Positions 38,601 through 49,509 of a stretch of 64,000 bases of DNA are shown in pieces (position 1 is the stretch's first letter; each line of letters begins with the position of its first letter). Location of the stretch: positions 64,001-128,000 of the IMG/VR virus record IMGVR_UViG_3300017565_000002; one strand, given 5' to 3'. The notes below the pieces were generated by a model, which was given only the letters and a program-made list of their open reading frames with translations, was not told the DNA's origin and searched no databases. Source of the stretch: a virus. Taxonomy: Duplodnaviria > Caudoviricetes. Position numbers and translations under genes: made by a program.

Positions 38601-40760
38601 ATGCTCATAAGACCATATAAAGCCAGGGACGAGGAGTATTATGTCGATTGGAATACAACCAATCTATCTTTCGTCCGGACAGCAGTGCTTCTCCAACGGG
38701 CAGGAATCGAGAATTATGATTTCTGCCTTAAGATATACGATAAAGACTTGATTGACATCGACCCGTATGATGAAGATTTGACACTTCAAGACATGGGGAA
38801 AGTCATTCAGGAGATTACAAGGAACTATTTCTATTTCCTTCGAGAAGTATGTCGGGTGCCTGAGGAGGGTGCATCCACGGAAATTGGCGGGGGTACACCC
38901 TTCCTTTTACACCGTGGCAACCTTGCTCAGGCTTGGTGTTTTGAAAATAATATCTCTCACTATTTAGAGCTGCCTCGTCAGTTTGGTAAAACGACAGGTG
39001 CGGTTCAGCGATATCAATGGCAATTCTCTTATGGTACAACATCATCCACAACCATATTCATGAATATGGACAAAGCTGCATCTGTAAGTAACTTGACCCG
39101 TCTAAAAGAGAGCCGATCTCTTCTTCCGGAATATTTGCAGATGCGATTTACACTGGATGATAAAGGTCAGTTGAAAGCAAACACAGATAACGTCAATGAA
39201 ATTAAGAATAAGCAGTTAAAGAACTTGATCATTACAAAGGCATCCGCCCGAAACGTACAGAATGCTGAGCGCGTCGGTCGTGGTCTTACCGTTCCAGCCC
39301 TGTGGTTCGATGAGTTCGCCCATATGATCTTTAACGAAACGATACATGCTGCTGCAATTCCAGCGTTCTCCCGTGCATCTGAGAACGCATCCAAAAACGA
39401 AAAACCATATGCAATCTGTATCACAACTACACCGGGCGACATGGGTACACAACATGGTGCCTATGCATTTGACCTGAAGGAAAAAGCAGCGAAATTTACC
39501 GAAGGGTTATACGACTATTCACCTGAAGATCTAGAAACTTGGATGCGGAAGAACTCCAGTAACACCATGGTCTACATCTCCTTCTCCTTCCTTCAATTGG
39601 GTAAGACGATGGAATGGTATGAGGACATGTGCGAAAAGATGAACCACAACTGGATGAAAATCCGTCGTGAGCTTCTTCTCCAATGGAACAAAGCATCCAA
39701 TAATTCTCCGTTCTCCCCTGAGGACATTGATGAATTGGTTGCAATGTCGAAAACGTCAATTGGTACAATTAAGATCAATAAGTATTATGAAGTATTACTC
39801 TATAAAGAACTTGACGCGTTCAAACGATATCTGGTGGGTGTCGACGTCTCGAAAGGTGTTGGGCGTGACGCGACTGCCGTTGCAATTGTAGATTCAGAAA
39901 CCTTTGAAGTCGTCGGTCTATTCATCAATAACACAATCCGTTCAAGAGAGCTTAAACGATTCTTGCATACGTTGATATTGGATCACCTACCAAACTCCGT
40001 TCTCGTCATAGAGAATAACAATATTGGTGATGCAATTATCGAAGATCTTAAAGCTACACCGTTACGGAGCCATTTGTATTACGACTTTGCAATGCGCTTA
40101 GCAGAAGATAACCGCATCGATGGTGTTATGCAGCAGAAGAAGAAAAATCGTATCATCTATGGTCATACGGTTACGTCCGTGACACGCCCGAAGATGATGG
40201 AGCTTCTCCTAAACTTCGTTGCAAAACACAAATCGAAGATTGCGGTAAAAGAGCTGGTTGATCAGATCCGGCATTTGGAATACAAAAATGAAGAACGAAT
40301 CGATCACCAAGCTGGGAAACACGATGACGCCGTCTTTGCTTACTTGGCTTGTATCTACATCATGTTCTATGGCAAAAACCTCAGTCGCTTTGGTTTATTC
40401 AATAAGTATAACTTTGACGATGAAGGTATGCATGAACGTGAAGTGGGTGAGGATAAGCTTGCCAAGATTCTTAGAAAGGCAAAACTAAATAATCTAGTAA
40501 AACGAGATCCATTCTTGGCCGAGCTTTTCGAGGAGTCTAAAACATTTGCAGAGGCCGACCGAGAAATTGACCGAGAGATGTGGCGAATTGAGGCGGACGG
40601 GGATTCCGATACGATTTTCCAAACATCCGCAGATGGCCCGGGGAAAGTATTAAAGCCAAATGCAATACGAAACCTGAACCAGAGTGCATTAAACCGGCTT
40701 AACCGTACAACCAACGCTGTTTTCGGTATTCCGGATGGGTTTAATGGGAGAGGCTGGTAG
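38601..40760 (+). CDS. terL: terminase large subunit
   Basis: ELPRQFGKT, FDEFAH, ITTTPG, GVDVSKGVGRDATA, HDDAVFA. Confidence 0.95.
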   Translation: MLIRPYKARDEEYYVDWNTTNLSFVRTAVLLQRAGIENYDFCLKIYDKDLIDIDPYDEDLTLQDMGKVIQEITRNYFYFLREVCRVPEEGASTEIGGGTPFLLHRGNLAQAWCFENNISHYLELPRQFGKTTGAVQRYQWQFSYGTTSSTTIFMNMDKAASVSNLTRLKESRSLLPEYLQMRFTLDDKGQLKANTDNVNEIKNKQLKNLIITKASARNVQNAERVGRGLTVPALWFDEFAHMIFNETIHAAAIPAFSRASENASKNEKPYAICITTTPGDMGTQHGAYAFDLKEKAAKFTEGLYDYSPEDLETWMRKNSSNTMVYISFSFLQLGKTMEWYEDMCEKMNHNWMKIRRELLLQWNKASNNSPFSPEDIDELVAMSKTSIGTIKINKYYEVLLYKELDAFKRYLVGVDVSKGVGRDATAVAIVDSETFEVVGLFINNTIRSRELKRFLHTLILDHLPNSVLVIENNNIGDAIIEDLKATPLRSHLYYDFAMRLAEDNRIDGVMQQKKKNRIIYGHTVTSVTRPKMMELLLNFVAKHKSKIAVKELVDQIRHLEYKNEERIDHQAGKHDDAVFAYLACIYIMFYGKNLSRFGLFNKYNFDDEGMHEREVGEDKLAKILRKAKLNNLVKRDPFLAELFEESKTFAEADREIDREMWRIEADGDSDTIFQTSADGPGKVLKPNAIRNLNQSALNRLNRTTNAVFGIPDGFNGRGW

Positions 40761-40783
40761 ATAAACCAGCCTCTTTCTTTTTT
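40749..40783 (+). terminator. intrinsic terminator after terminase
   Basis: AGAGGCTGGT/ACCAGCCTCT followed by T-run. Confidence 0.8.
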
Positions 40784-41362
40784 ACCAGCATAGTGACAAA
40801 AGATTAGATCGATTGAGAGGGTGGGAATAAATTGAGTAGATTGAGAAAAATTCTGATAACTGAAAATAACTTCAAAGCAGTACAAGGTAGGATTAAGAAA
40901 TTCGTCAACTCTTGTACGAATAACGATTATGGATTCGTTTATAGGTGGGGATACGATAATAGCTGGTTTAAGGGTCATCTATCCGAGAAAGAGACTGATT
41001 ACCCTACCGGAATGAGAGAACCTTACGTGGATGAAGAACCCGAGGGGAAATCGAATGATCGCATCCGAATACGATTTATGCAGACATCTGGTATGAGTTG
41101 TACAATTTATGTGCGCGTTGGTGATATAATCAGTATTCAACCTAACAGACTGATTGTTCAGAGTAAATTCCCATATCATGGTCGTAGAAGGAGTTCTGAT
41201 GTGAATTACGTATATGATATGGTCGACAGAATAAAACTCGATACAAATTTCAAACAATGGGTGTGTGGTAAAGAAAGGCATCAAGCCGTTGATCGTATAA
41301 TGAATGGTTAACTTGCCTACCACCTCTTTCTTTTTTTAACAACATAGTGACAAAATATCAGA
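40765..41362 (+). repeat. ~40-45 bp imperfect direct repeat flanking gene 40832-41311
   Basis: 40770-40808 CCTCTTTC-T6-ACCAGCATAGTGACAAAAGATTAGA versus 41323-41362 CCTCTTTC-T7-AACAACATAGTGACAAAATATCAGA. Confidence 0.75.
40832..41311 (+). CDS. hypothetical protein, accessory insertion
   Basis: 159 aa, TTG start, lies between the direct repeats. Confidence 0.7.
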   Translation: MSRLRKILITENNFKAVQGRIKKFVNSCTNNDYGFVYRWGYDNSWFKGHLSEKETDYPTGMREPYVDEEPEGKSNDRIRIRFMQTSGMSCTIYVRVGDIISIQPNRLIVQSKFPYHGRRRSSDVNYVYDMVDRIKLDTNFKQWVCGKERHQAVDRIMNG

Positions 41363-41390
41363 CGAAAATGACCGAAAGGAGACATTACAA

Positions 41391-42164
41391 ATGTCTATTT
41401 ACGATCAGGAGGATGTCGCAAATAAAGCAAAGCTATATGAAATAGCTGCGATCGTTGAAAGTGAATTTTTCATGGAGTCCATCAAGGAGCAAATTGCTAT
41501 GGGGCTTGATTGTTCTCATAGAGACTATCTGAAAGAATTCGAAATTAAGCTCAAACATATCACGGAGAAATATGACGAGAGTGACTACTCGCGGATGATG
41601 GAATACCGCGATGAGTTATATGCAAGTATTGTGCGCTGGATAGAAGAACGATACGATGTCACGGTCCAGTATGACAATGACGAGATATTTAGAATTGTAA
41701 AACAGCTGTATCGTTTCTTCGTTGTGGATTTGAAGGACGCAATCAGATCGTTTTTGTTCTACTACATTCGGGAAAACTATAAGGCGATTCTGAAATCTAC
41801 AGATCCCGAATTGCTCAATACCGAAATCCTTAACTCCGATAAAGCAAAGGATATTGAGGATACGGACTCACTTGTTCTTATGAGTAATATTGGTACAATC
41901 GTTGATACGGTTATTGATATGGGACTTCCATTCGAGACATTCATTCAATATGCAGCTATGTCCGGAGATATTCTCAGTATCAACGAGTTGAACAGTGCAA
42001 GCAATCGTGTACTGTTTATCAGTAGTGAAGAAGGTGTGTTCCAAACCTTAATGAAAGAGATGAAGTCGAACTCCTACGATCATAACATCATCGCCGATCT
42101 TTCTTCTCTTCTCATAAGCTCTTTCATTATAAACAAAGGAGACGACGTAAATGACGACGAATAG
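41391..42164 (+). CDS. hypothetical protein
   Basis: 257 aa, RBS AAAGGAG, late promoter AACA-acatag-TG at 41338-41349. Confidence 0.8.
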   Translation: MSIYDQEDVANKAKLYEIAAIVESEFFMESIKEQIAMGLDCSHRDYLKEFEIKLKHITEKYDESDYSRMMEYRDELYASIVRWIEERYDVTVQYDNDEIFRIVKQLYRFFVVDLKDAIRSFLFYYIRENYKAILKSTDPELLNTEILNSDKAKDIEDTDSLVLMSNIGTIVDTVIDMGLPFETFIQYAAMSGDILSINELNSASNRVLFISSEEGVFQTLMKEMKSNSYDHNIIADLSSLLISSFIINKGDDVNDDE

Positions 42165-43545
42165 TGTTGAAGACCAAAAAGAAAAACCTGCTGTACCCCA
42201 TGTACTTTCAAACCCGAATGTCCCCACACCTATCAAAGCTTTCACAGATGAAGGTGATGAATTAGCCGGTGTTTCTCGGGAAGAGTTACTCGCTGAATTG
42301 GGTAAAACAGGTGAAGTCGAAGAAGGTAAGGCACGCATAATTGAAGATGTCATCACGGGGCAACGTCTGAGGGGAATCTCACCTGAAGAAGAAAGTGAAT
42401 TGGATGCACTGGCTCAGCTATCCCCTGAAACACTCAAGCGTCAATTGAGTCAGGTGGCCAAGCAGAATATTATGTATCTTATGCCGTCTTCCATAACGGA
42501 TGCGGAGGCTGAGGAGATCGTCAAAGGTTTGGAAGAGAAACTTTCCACCATCTCCTACGCGGAAATCAAACGGTTTACCGCTGACGAAGTCCGGGCTTAT
42601 ATCGGAGACGTTGTGTATGACGGTATCAGAAAATTCAACAATAAACCTAACTCGATTGCAAAACGGTTTTTGTTGGAGCTTAAAGATTCAATGGTGCAAA
42701 GCGCCAATCTTATCAACTCACTTAAAGAAGTTGAGATGGCGCTTAAATTCTTTGGCAAAGAAGGTATTGAGCAACTTCACAATGAAATCCAAGCCCAAGT
42801 CAATGAATCGGAAGAAAAACCAGCTACAGAATTGGAAAGATATCTGATTTATCTGGGGCTTTACATCGAACGTCTCAAAACATTTGACGACCATGAAACC
42901 AACAGCTTCGTCTTGACAGAGATTCGTACTTCTGAAGAAAAGATCTCGGCTGTCAAAGAGGCGTTGACTTTTGATCGTATTCTGAAGAAAGCTGAATCAA
43001 TGAAAGAGAAGATCGTCAAAGATTTTAAAAATGCAGATGTCGTTACCCGTGTTATTTCGGACTTCGTCGGAAAGATGAATAATGATCCAACCATCTTGGT
43101 TACTTTCCCTGTGCCAAAGAGTGCAGGAAAGGAGCTTAATGATGCCAAGACATTAGCAGGTATCTGGGTGGCATTTATGGAAATGATCATCATCCAGAAG
43201 GATTTTCCGGATACTCGGGTGTTGACACCTATGGAATATGGAGATATTGTCCTTTTGGTTACCGGCAGTAAAAAGGCAGATGGTGATGAACGTCTTGAGA
43301 TGCTTAAGAAATTTGCAGATGAAACAGGGATCACTCCTGAGGTTATTGAGTTGGCCAGACGGATTGCACTGGTATTTTCATTCATCATGGCAAAGACGTT
43401 TAAACCCACACAGCTTAACGATACACATACGAAATATGTATTGTCATACACAATGAACATCCTCGCACAGTCGATGACTGAGGGATATCGCGAAATGACT
43501 TACAAATTGATTCATGACATTGTCACAATTCTGTCGACACCATAA
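42151..43545 (+). CDS. hypothetical protein
   Basis: 464 aa helical, overlaps the upstream gene. Confidence 0.8.
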   Translation: MTTNSVEDQKEKPAVPHVLSNPNVPTPIKAFTDEGDELAGVSREELLAELGKTGEVEEGKARIIEDVITGQRLRGISPEEESELDALAQLSPETLKRQLSQVAKQNIMYLMPSSITDAEAEEIVKGLEEKLSTISYAEIKRFTADEVRAYIGDVVYDGIRKFNNKPNSIAKRFLLELKDSMVQSANLINSLKEVEMALKFFGKEGIEQLHNEIQAQVNESEEKPATELERYLIYLGLYIERLKTFDDHETNSFVLTEIRTSEEKISAVKEALTFDRILKKAESMKEKIVKDFKNADVVTRVISDFVGKMNNDPTILVTFPVPKSAGKELNDAKTLAGIWVAFMEMIIIQKDFPDTRVLTPMEYGDIVLLVTGSKKADGDERLEMLKKFADETGITPEVIELARRIALVFSFIMAKTFKPTQLNDTHTKYVLSYTMNILAQSMTEGYREMTYKLIHDIVTILSTP

Positions 43546-43640
43546 ACACATTCGAGCATACATCCACAGCGGATGTATGCTCCCTTTCTTTGTATGTATG
43601 GAACATCATGTAAACAAAACGAGAATAGGAGGAGAGTATC

Positions 43641-44384
43641 GTGTCGAAAGCAAATGCGGTCTACTTCAAAGAGCAGGATGTAAAAATTCTGTTGAATACC
43701 TACCAATGTGATATTTATGTACCTCAATATTACTTCGATGTCAAACTTGCCGTACAAGATGGGGATTTATTCGATCTCTTTTTTATTGTAAAATATCGAC
43801 TCTTCCATAAAGAAACGAATGATGTATCCAAGATTCCAGTCTATGACTTTATGATTCCATCCATGTTTTTGACCAGACCGGATGAAGTTCAAACAGCAGA
43901 GATGGATCTCTATGGTACGGTGGAGAAGTTTTCGATCTTTACCTACTATATAAATGGGGAGATTATGCATAACCGGGACATCGTCAAGAACTCCACTTCG
44001 GTAGAGAGATATATCAATCTTTTAAACGACGGAAAGATACGAGTCCCATACGGTAAGGTCAATGAAATAACGAATAAAGTACAGAAGAGTCATGACGTAA
44101 AACTCAATGTACCCCAACCGATTCAACAACTTGTCATCTCGGAAGTCTATCGGGATAAAAATGATCTATCCATACCCGCACGATTGGTTGCGTCATCTAA
44201 GGATAAGGACAACGATAAACTTAGAGGCGTTAATATGCGAGAGAACTCTGCATTCACCTCTACCTTTGCAGGTGTGGGGTTCGAGGATGTCCGTTCAATG
44301 CTCACCGTCGCAGATAACCGAGACGATAAAGAAAGTACGGAATTTAGTACAATAGAAAAAATCGTTCGAGGTGTACGAACATAA
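43641..44384 (+). CDS. RNA polymerase beta' extreme C-terminal fragment, probably virion RNAP
   Basis: NVPQPIQQLVISEVYRDKND and GVNMRENSAFTSTFAGVGFEDVRSML parallel NIPSVHIEMIIRNLVRSKDN and TSMNKANILSSSVIAGLMFEEVKEQL in the beta' at 53874-55064. Confidence 0.65.
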   Translation: MSKANAVYFKEQDVKILLNTYQCDIYVPQYYFDVKLAVQDGDLFDLFFIVKYRLFHKETNDVSKIPVYDFMIPSMFLTRPDEVQTAEMDLYGTVEKFSIFTYYINGEIMHNRDIVKNSTSVERYINLLNDGKIRVPYGKVNEITNKVQKSHDVKLNVPQPIQQLVISEVYRDKNDLSIPARLVASSKDKDNDKLRGVNMRENSAFTSTFAGVGFEDVRSMLTVADNRDDKESTEFSTIEKIVRGVRT

Positions 44385-44405
44385 AAACTGGTAGGAGTAT
44401 TCCCG

Positions 44406-44417
44406 AACAATAGTATA
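44406..44417 (+). promoter_or_regulatory. late promoter AACA-atagta-TA of the sheath-tube operon
   Basis: Matches the capsid promoter context. Confidence 0.65.
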
Positions 44418-44454
44418 AATCCACTTTATAGACAATGAAGGAGGTTTACCACAC

Positions 44455-46224
44455 ATGTTTGATAAGGTCATTATCGTTGACGAGTCTATAGCACCACCAC
44501 AGCCAGCGGTATTGAACGCAACACGCCCCACAGCGTTCATTCCGATCTTTTCTACCCGTGGCTACGGAAAAGACTCGACGCTCAAACTGTTTGAAGGGCA
44601 ATCCCAGTCGGAATTGCTGCGTCGGTATGGTGATCTGAGCTTGAGTGTGAACTTGGCTCCACTTTCCTACGCATATGAATTCCTGCGTGGTGGTGGTGAC
44701 GTTTATATCCGTCGTATAACGTCTTCCACTGCTAACTATGCTCACGCTGTTATCATCGCCAAGGGCCGTGTTAACACGGAGACGAGCAAATTTGAAGTCA
44801 AGTATGTAGTCCAAACCATCGCCAACACGACGGATCTGGACGGCCTCTTGACCGCTGCTGAAGCCTTGTATTCTACGGTAGCGGATGTTGACGGTTATAA
44901 GACATATCCGATCGCAGTTGTTGGTTTGAACTGGTCGGGCGTCGAAGGAAACCGTTATACGTTCCGACTGCTCAGCAATAAAGCACTTGAAAAGGCAATC
45001 CCACAACGGGGCTATCAACTAGAAGTTCGCAAATCGTCCTCTGCTAGTCCATCATCTGTCTCCTTTGCAATCAACGAGGATGCAATGTTGGATGGCGAAA
45101 CAGTGTATGCGAATGACTACGTTGAAGAACAAGATCCGGACATCTACTTTAAGATGCTCAGCACTTACAATCAATACCTGGCGGCGATCGAAACTTATAT
45201 TCCGCCTAGTGAGGCTGCTAATCCAGACATTTTCTTTGGCATTGAAAAGGGAACTACAACCGTATATTCGGATTATGTAATTCTGGGTAGTTCCGTTGAC
45301 TTTACTGCTGTTGGTGGTATTGCATTCGCTGGTGGTGGAGATGGAGATTTTGCAATCGCCAACGCTACGCGTATTGCCAACATGCATACACGTTATGCAG
45401 CATCTTTCGACGATATGCCAACGCTTCTGTTGCTTAACGAGTACCGTTATCCGATCGACTTCGTATTCGATTTCGGTGCAACTCAAGACGTTAAAGATGC
45501 GCTGGTTGCCTTTGCAAACAAACGTAAATCAACGTCCGTTATCATCGATACCGGAACCGCTGCAAAAACATATGCTGCTATTATGGCCATGCGCAAAACC
45601 GGCGATCTGACCTACAACAACGAAAAAGTTACGATCGTGGGTGGTATTGCAGCAATGCGTGACAACTTTACCAATAAGAAAATCGTTATGCCCATGTCGT
45701 TCTTCGAAGCGTATGCGATTCCGACGCATATCAATACGTATGGTGGAGACCGGCCGTTTGCTGGTGCACTCTACTCGTATCCGAATATGATTGCAGGATC
45801 GTATCAACCAGCGTTTTACGATGAGAATGCAACGACAGTTGAAGATTTCGTCGAGAACCAAATCAATTTTGTAATGGAAGATGCTTCTCAGTATACGGCG
45901 TTCCATCAAACGACTTCCCTGAAGGTCGATTCGGCACTTGCCGAACGGAATAACACGTATCTGATGCATCGCATGATCCGCGTTGGTCTTTTGACCGCGA
46001 AGGCTCAGCGGTGGAACTTCTTGGAAGACACCGATATCGAAGAGTACAAATCCACGCTTATCCAAAACATCGGCAATGAGATGGAAGGTAAGCTGTCGGA
46101 GTTCGAACTGGATGCAGTTCGCGAAGGTAATATCGGTGCCGCTCGTAACCGGGTTCTCGTTACGGTTAGAGTAAAATATAAAGGAATCAATAAAGGAACG
46201 ACGTTCCACTACACTGTAACCTAA
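44455..46224 (+). CDS. contractile tail sheath protein
   Basis: 589 aa, high-expression codons; N-terminal IIVDES, C-terminal LAERNN..L..RMIR and QRWNF..D pattern; followed by the tube gene. Confidence 0.85.
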   Translation: MFDKVIIVDESIAPPQPAVLNATRPTAFIPIFSTRGYGKDSTLKLFEGQSQSELLRRYGDLSLSVNLAPLSYAYEFLRGGGDVYIRRITSSTANYAHAVIIAKGRVNTETSKFEVKYVVQTIANTTDLDGLLTAAEALYSTVADVDGYKTYPIAVVGLNWSGVEGNRYTFRLLSNKALEKAIPQRGYQLEVRKSSSASPSSVSFAINEDAMLDGETVYANDYVEEQDPDIYFKMLSTYNQYLAAIETYIPPSEAANPDIFFGIEKGTTTVYSDYVILGSSVDFTAVGGIAFAGGGDGDFAIANATRIANMHTRYAASFDDMPTLLLLNEYRYPIDFVFDFGATQDVKDALVAFANKRKSTSVIIDTGTAAKTYAAIMAMRKTGDLTYNNEKVTIVGGIAAMRDNFTNKKIVMPMSFFEAYAIPTHINTYGGDRPFAGALYSYPNMIAGSYQPAFYDENATTVEDFVENQINFVMEDASQYTAFHQTTSLKVDSALAERNNTYLMHRMIRVGLLTAKAQRWNFLEDTDIEEYKSTLIQNIGNEMEGKLSEFELDAVREGNIGAARNRVLVTVRVKYKGINKGTTFHYTVT

Positions 46225-46267
46225 TCTGACATAATCCTAAATTTCAACCAATAGGAGGGAAAAGCAA

Positions 46268-47047
46268 ATGGCAACTACGGTTAACTACTCCCAGCCAGTA
46301 GCGTTGTCTGATTACGCACTCTGGCTTGGTGTACCTAACGTTTCCGAAGCAATGCTTAAGCAATTCGACCCGGCATACACCGGACACGTTCATATTTTCG
46401 CAACGCGTGTTCCGAAGATCTTTGAAAAATGGTATCCGGATCATGCGAAAAACTTCCGTGCAGTGATCGAACGGGCATCGACCAGTATTACCGGTATTCC
46501 GGAGCTGACGATGAACTACCAAGACCAACAACACGGGTTCGCGGATCGGAAGATCCCACATGCAACATTCTCCGAAATGCCTTTCGACACGGCGACGATC
46601 CGTGTAATGGAGTTCCGGGGACTTCCGGTATACACGATGTTTAAAGATTGGATCGAAAACATCAGTGATCCCCACTCCAAAGTACAGGATTACAAGGGTC
46701 GTGTCGGCCCGGCAGCAACTCAACTTGAATACACGATTATGAATCATTCGGCAGCGTTTATCGTGTGCACGACTGATCCATCGCATACCCGTATTCAAGG
46801 TCGCGCCCACTACATCACGGCAGCTCAACCGGTTGCAATTCCGAACGAGCATTTCAACTGGAATGCCGGAGAAATTGGAATCGTTGAAGGTTATGATCTT
46901 GCATTCCGCGGTGTTCTTCGCTGGGGCGATTACATCGATGCGAAGGCACAAGAATTGTTGACGGCTCGTAAAGCGGTTATCAACTATCTCGCAGAGTACA
47001 GCAATGCTGGAAACGTGAAATCGTTGAGTAAGCCATACGGACTGTAA
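46268..47047 (+). CDS. tail tube protein
   Basis: 259 aa after the sheath; beta-rich, PVYTMFKDWIENI tube-type motif. Confidence 0.75.
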   Translation: MATTVNYSQPVALSDYALWLGVPNVSEAMLKQFDPAYTGHVHIFATRVPKIFEKWYPDHAKNFRAVIERASTSITGIPELTMNYQDQQHGFADRKIPHATFSEMPFDTATIRVMEFRGLPVYTMFKDWIENISDPHSKVQDYKGRVGPAATQLEYTIMNHSAAFIVCTTDPSHTRIQGRAHYITAAQPVAIPNEHFNWNAGEIGIVEGYDLAFRGVLRWGDYIDAKAQELLTARKAVINYLAEYSNAGNVKSLSKPYGL

Positions 47048-47050
47048 CAG

Positions 47051-47093
47051 AAAAAAGACTACACCCATCCAAGGGTGTAGTCTCTTCTTTTTT
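47051..47093. terminator. bidirectional terminator
   Basis: AGACTACACCC/GGGTGTAGTCT with A-run before and T-run after. Confidence 0.85.
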
Positions 47094-49452
47094 AATAGGA
47101 GTCTCCTCCGCCACTATCGTCTGCCATGTCGTCTCCGTCAGTTGTTTCTGCTTCTATCGATGTTTCCATATCTGCTTTAAGTTTTTCTGCGACCGTATCC
47201 TCTTCAATCTTCTTAAGGATCTTATCGATTGGTCGAAAATCGTATGTGAAGTATTCCCGAATGAAGTCTCGGGTAAATAAAGTTCTTTTAGCGTTGATCG
47301 GATCGGCGTCATCCACAATGAATAGCTCGGAGAAGGTTGTAGCCAGATTCTTGGTGGTGTCAATGAGGTCATTTGTGATTTGCATCAGCATGCTTCTGGA
47401 AGGAATGAATGAGGCTTCAATTGTCTTCACTTCTTCATCCGTCAGCTCAAGATCATATTGCATCACCCGTCTAACCAGTTCGGTTAACGGAGCATTTAGC
47501 TCCGCTTGTGCCAGTGCACTAGAGGTAGCAACATCCAAGTTTGCCATCGAGAGTGTTTTTGCAAACTCGACTTCGTTAGTAACGTCTACTACAACGGATG
47601 GCATGTTAAAGGATAGGATGATAGATTTGATCAGGAACTTAAGGAAGTCCGAATCCATATCTACATCTTGCCCCGCGAGAACCTCCGCATTTACCGGTTT
47701 ATGTCCATCCTCAGTCTGAGGTAAGAATAGGTCGACTGTTGATCCTACTGTGCCAATAATTGACGAGATGGAACCAAGATCAGAGAGACGGACTTCTGAT
47801 TGCTGAATAGCTACGATAGCATCCATAACCGATGCCTCGATATCGTTACTTAGACCATTTGACACAAAATACATCGTCCGGTCTGATCCTCTACGTACTT
47901 TGATAAGAATATTATTCAATAGTAGGAGGAGATACATCTTTGCAAAGAAAACGGCATTCTTCATGATTGATCCATCTGCACGTTTAAATTCGATGATATC
48001 ATCTGGGTGAATCAGAATGATATCCCTTTGCTGCCGATGAATGGCGTTATCCCTTAGGAACTCATAGAAGATGTCCATATTATTGAAGTTGGCTTCCAAG
48101 AATTTCGGGGATAGATTCTCGATAATACGATTACCGATCTCTCGAATCATTCGATCTTCAATTTTCTTCATGTTGAATTCACTATGTGTCTGACTATTCA
48201 TCCGGTAGAATGAGAATGTATTTTGCATTGTATTTTGAAGGTTAAACCGGAGGGCATCATCCCGGCGTTCTTCAATGTACACATATGCAACTACTGTATC
48301 TTTCATTCGTATCGGGTATACACGAGCCGGGTCTAGTCTTTCGATTTTACATCCGTTTATCTTAATTTTATCATATTCCTTATTTTGCTGGATCAGACCT
48401 TCAGAAGATGTATGGTCTGCCACAGACGATCTCATCTTGATATTCTTATTATCAGAGAAGAAATCTTCGAATGCAGATTCAAACATGAAGTCGTCTGATG
48501 TCATGACACTTTCTACTAATGCGGAATCATAAACCAGTTTTCTGCTGGTCTTATAAACCTTAATTTCTTTTAAGTAATTATTCACTTCAGTATTAAACTT
48601 TTTTGTCATATCACGAGTAGCTGCCTTGGAGTCTTCCAGTCTGTCGATGTGATTACGTATCGAATCTGTCAGCATATCCAGCATACTACTTTCATTAAGC
48701 ATAAATGATTTACCCTCTGGTAGTAAGCTAGATTCTTTGATAATCTTTGATTTTGTAGCCGCACTGGCATTGTCCCGTTTGATGGCCTCAATAACCGCGC
48801 GGTAGGGAACGACGGTAATGTACTCCACGCCAATGACGAAATAGTTCTCTACAATCGTCCTAATCTTTTTATCTAACTCGTATTTATGTTTGATATTAGA
48901 CGCCATATCCTTCTTGGTGTCTGTATCCAGATGATGAGAAATGGAGAAGGTATCAGACGTAATAACCTCAGGGATAATAACACTATTGATCAAGAGGTTA
49001 ATAACCCGAGAGATTTCCGGAATTGCCCGACGAAGGATTTCATAATCGTTGATGAGTTCGTAGAATTTGTTATCCATCAAAATCATCTGGCGGAGTTCCT
49101 GGAATACCGCAGAATTGTTTTTGATGACATCAAAGATATCATTCGGTTGTGATTGGTTCAGCGATCCATTCTTAACACCCGGTGTTGAATTCGGTCGTCC
49201 GCCGAATAGGCCGAAATCATTCATGCGCGACGAGATATCGGCCTTAAGGCCACCATCTACGGTCTTCTTAACACTATCCTTATTCCTTTCTTGAATCTCC
49301 TTCAGTTTATCCAAGATTCTATCCGTATCGAATAGGTCTTTCTCTATATTATAAGTAGAAAAAGAGGTTGAGCGACTTAACTCGATTAGGTTGGAAATGA
49401 CGTTCGGTACACCCTTTGGAGCCTGCGTGCTGTTTTTAGTCGGCTTAGCCAT
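47092..49452 (-). CDS. portal protein
   Basis: 786 aa; RRGSDRTMYFV, DLFLPQ...AEVLAGQ, KSIILSFNMPSVVV fit T4 gp20/phiKZ-type portals. Confidence 0.8.
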   Translation of the reverse strand: MAKPTKNSTQAPKGVPNVISNLIELSRSTSFSTYNIEKDLFDTDRILDKLKEIQERNKDSVKKTVDGGLKADISSRMNDFGLFGGRPNSTPGVKNGSLNQSQPNDIFDVIKNNSAVFQELRQMILMDNKFYELINDYEILRRAIPEISRVINLLINSVIIPEVITSDTFSISHHLDTDTKKDMASNIKHKYELDKKIRTIVENYFVIGVEYITVVPYRAVIEAIKRDNASAATKSKIIKESSLLPEGKSFMLNESSMLDMLTDSIRNHIDRLEDSKAATRDMTKKFNTEVNNYLKEIKVYKTSRKLVYDSALVESVMTSDDFMFESAFEDFFSDNKNIKMRSSVADHTSSEGLIQQNKEYDKIKINGCKIERLDPARVYPIRMKDTVVAYVYIEERRDDALRFNLQNTMQNTFSFYRMNSQTHSEFNMKKIEDRMIREIGNRIIENLSPKFLEANFNNMDIFYEFLRDNAIHRQQRDIILIHPDDIIEFKRADGSIMKNAVFFAKMYLLLLLNNILIKVRRGSDRTMYFVSNGLSNDIEASVMDAIVAIQQSEVRLSDLGSISSIIGTVGSTVDLFLPQTEDGHKPVNAEVLAGQDVDMDSDFLKFLIKSIILSFNMPSVVVDVTNEVEFAKTLSMANLDVATSSALAQAELNAPLTELVRRVMQYDLELTDEEVKTIEASFIPSRSMLMQITNDLIDTTKNLATTFSELFIVDDADPINAKRTLFTRDFIREYFTYDFRPIDKILKKIEEDTVAEKLKADMETSIEAETTDGDDMADDSGGGDSY

Positions 49453-49509
49453 AAATATCCTCCTTTTTAATAAAAAAATACAGAGTATGGCAGAACCATA
49501 CTCTGTCGT

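Noticed and set aside
44446-47068. Minus-strand ORFs of 144-274 aa opposite sheath and tube
   Set aside because: Same shadow effect in highly expressed genes.
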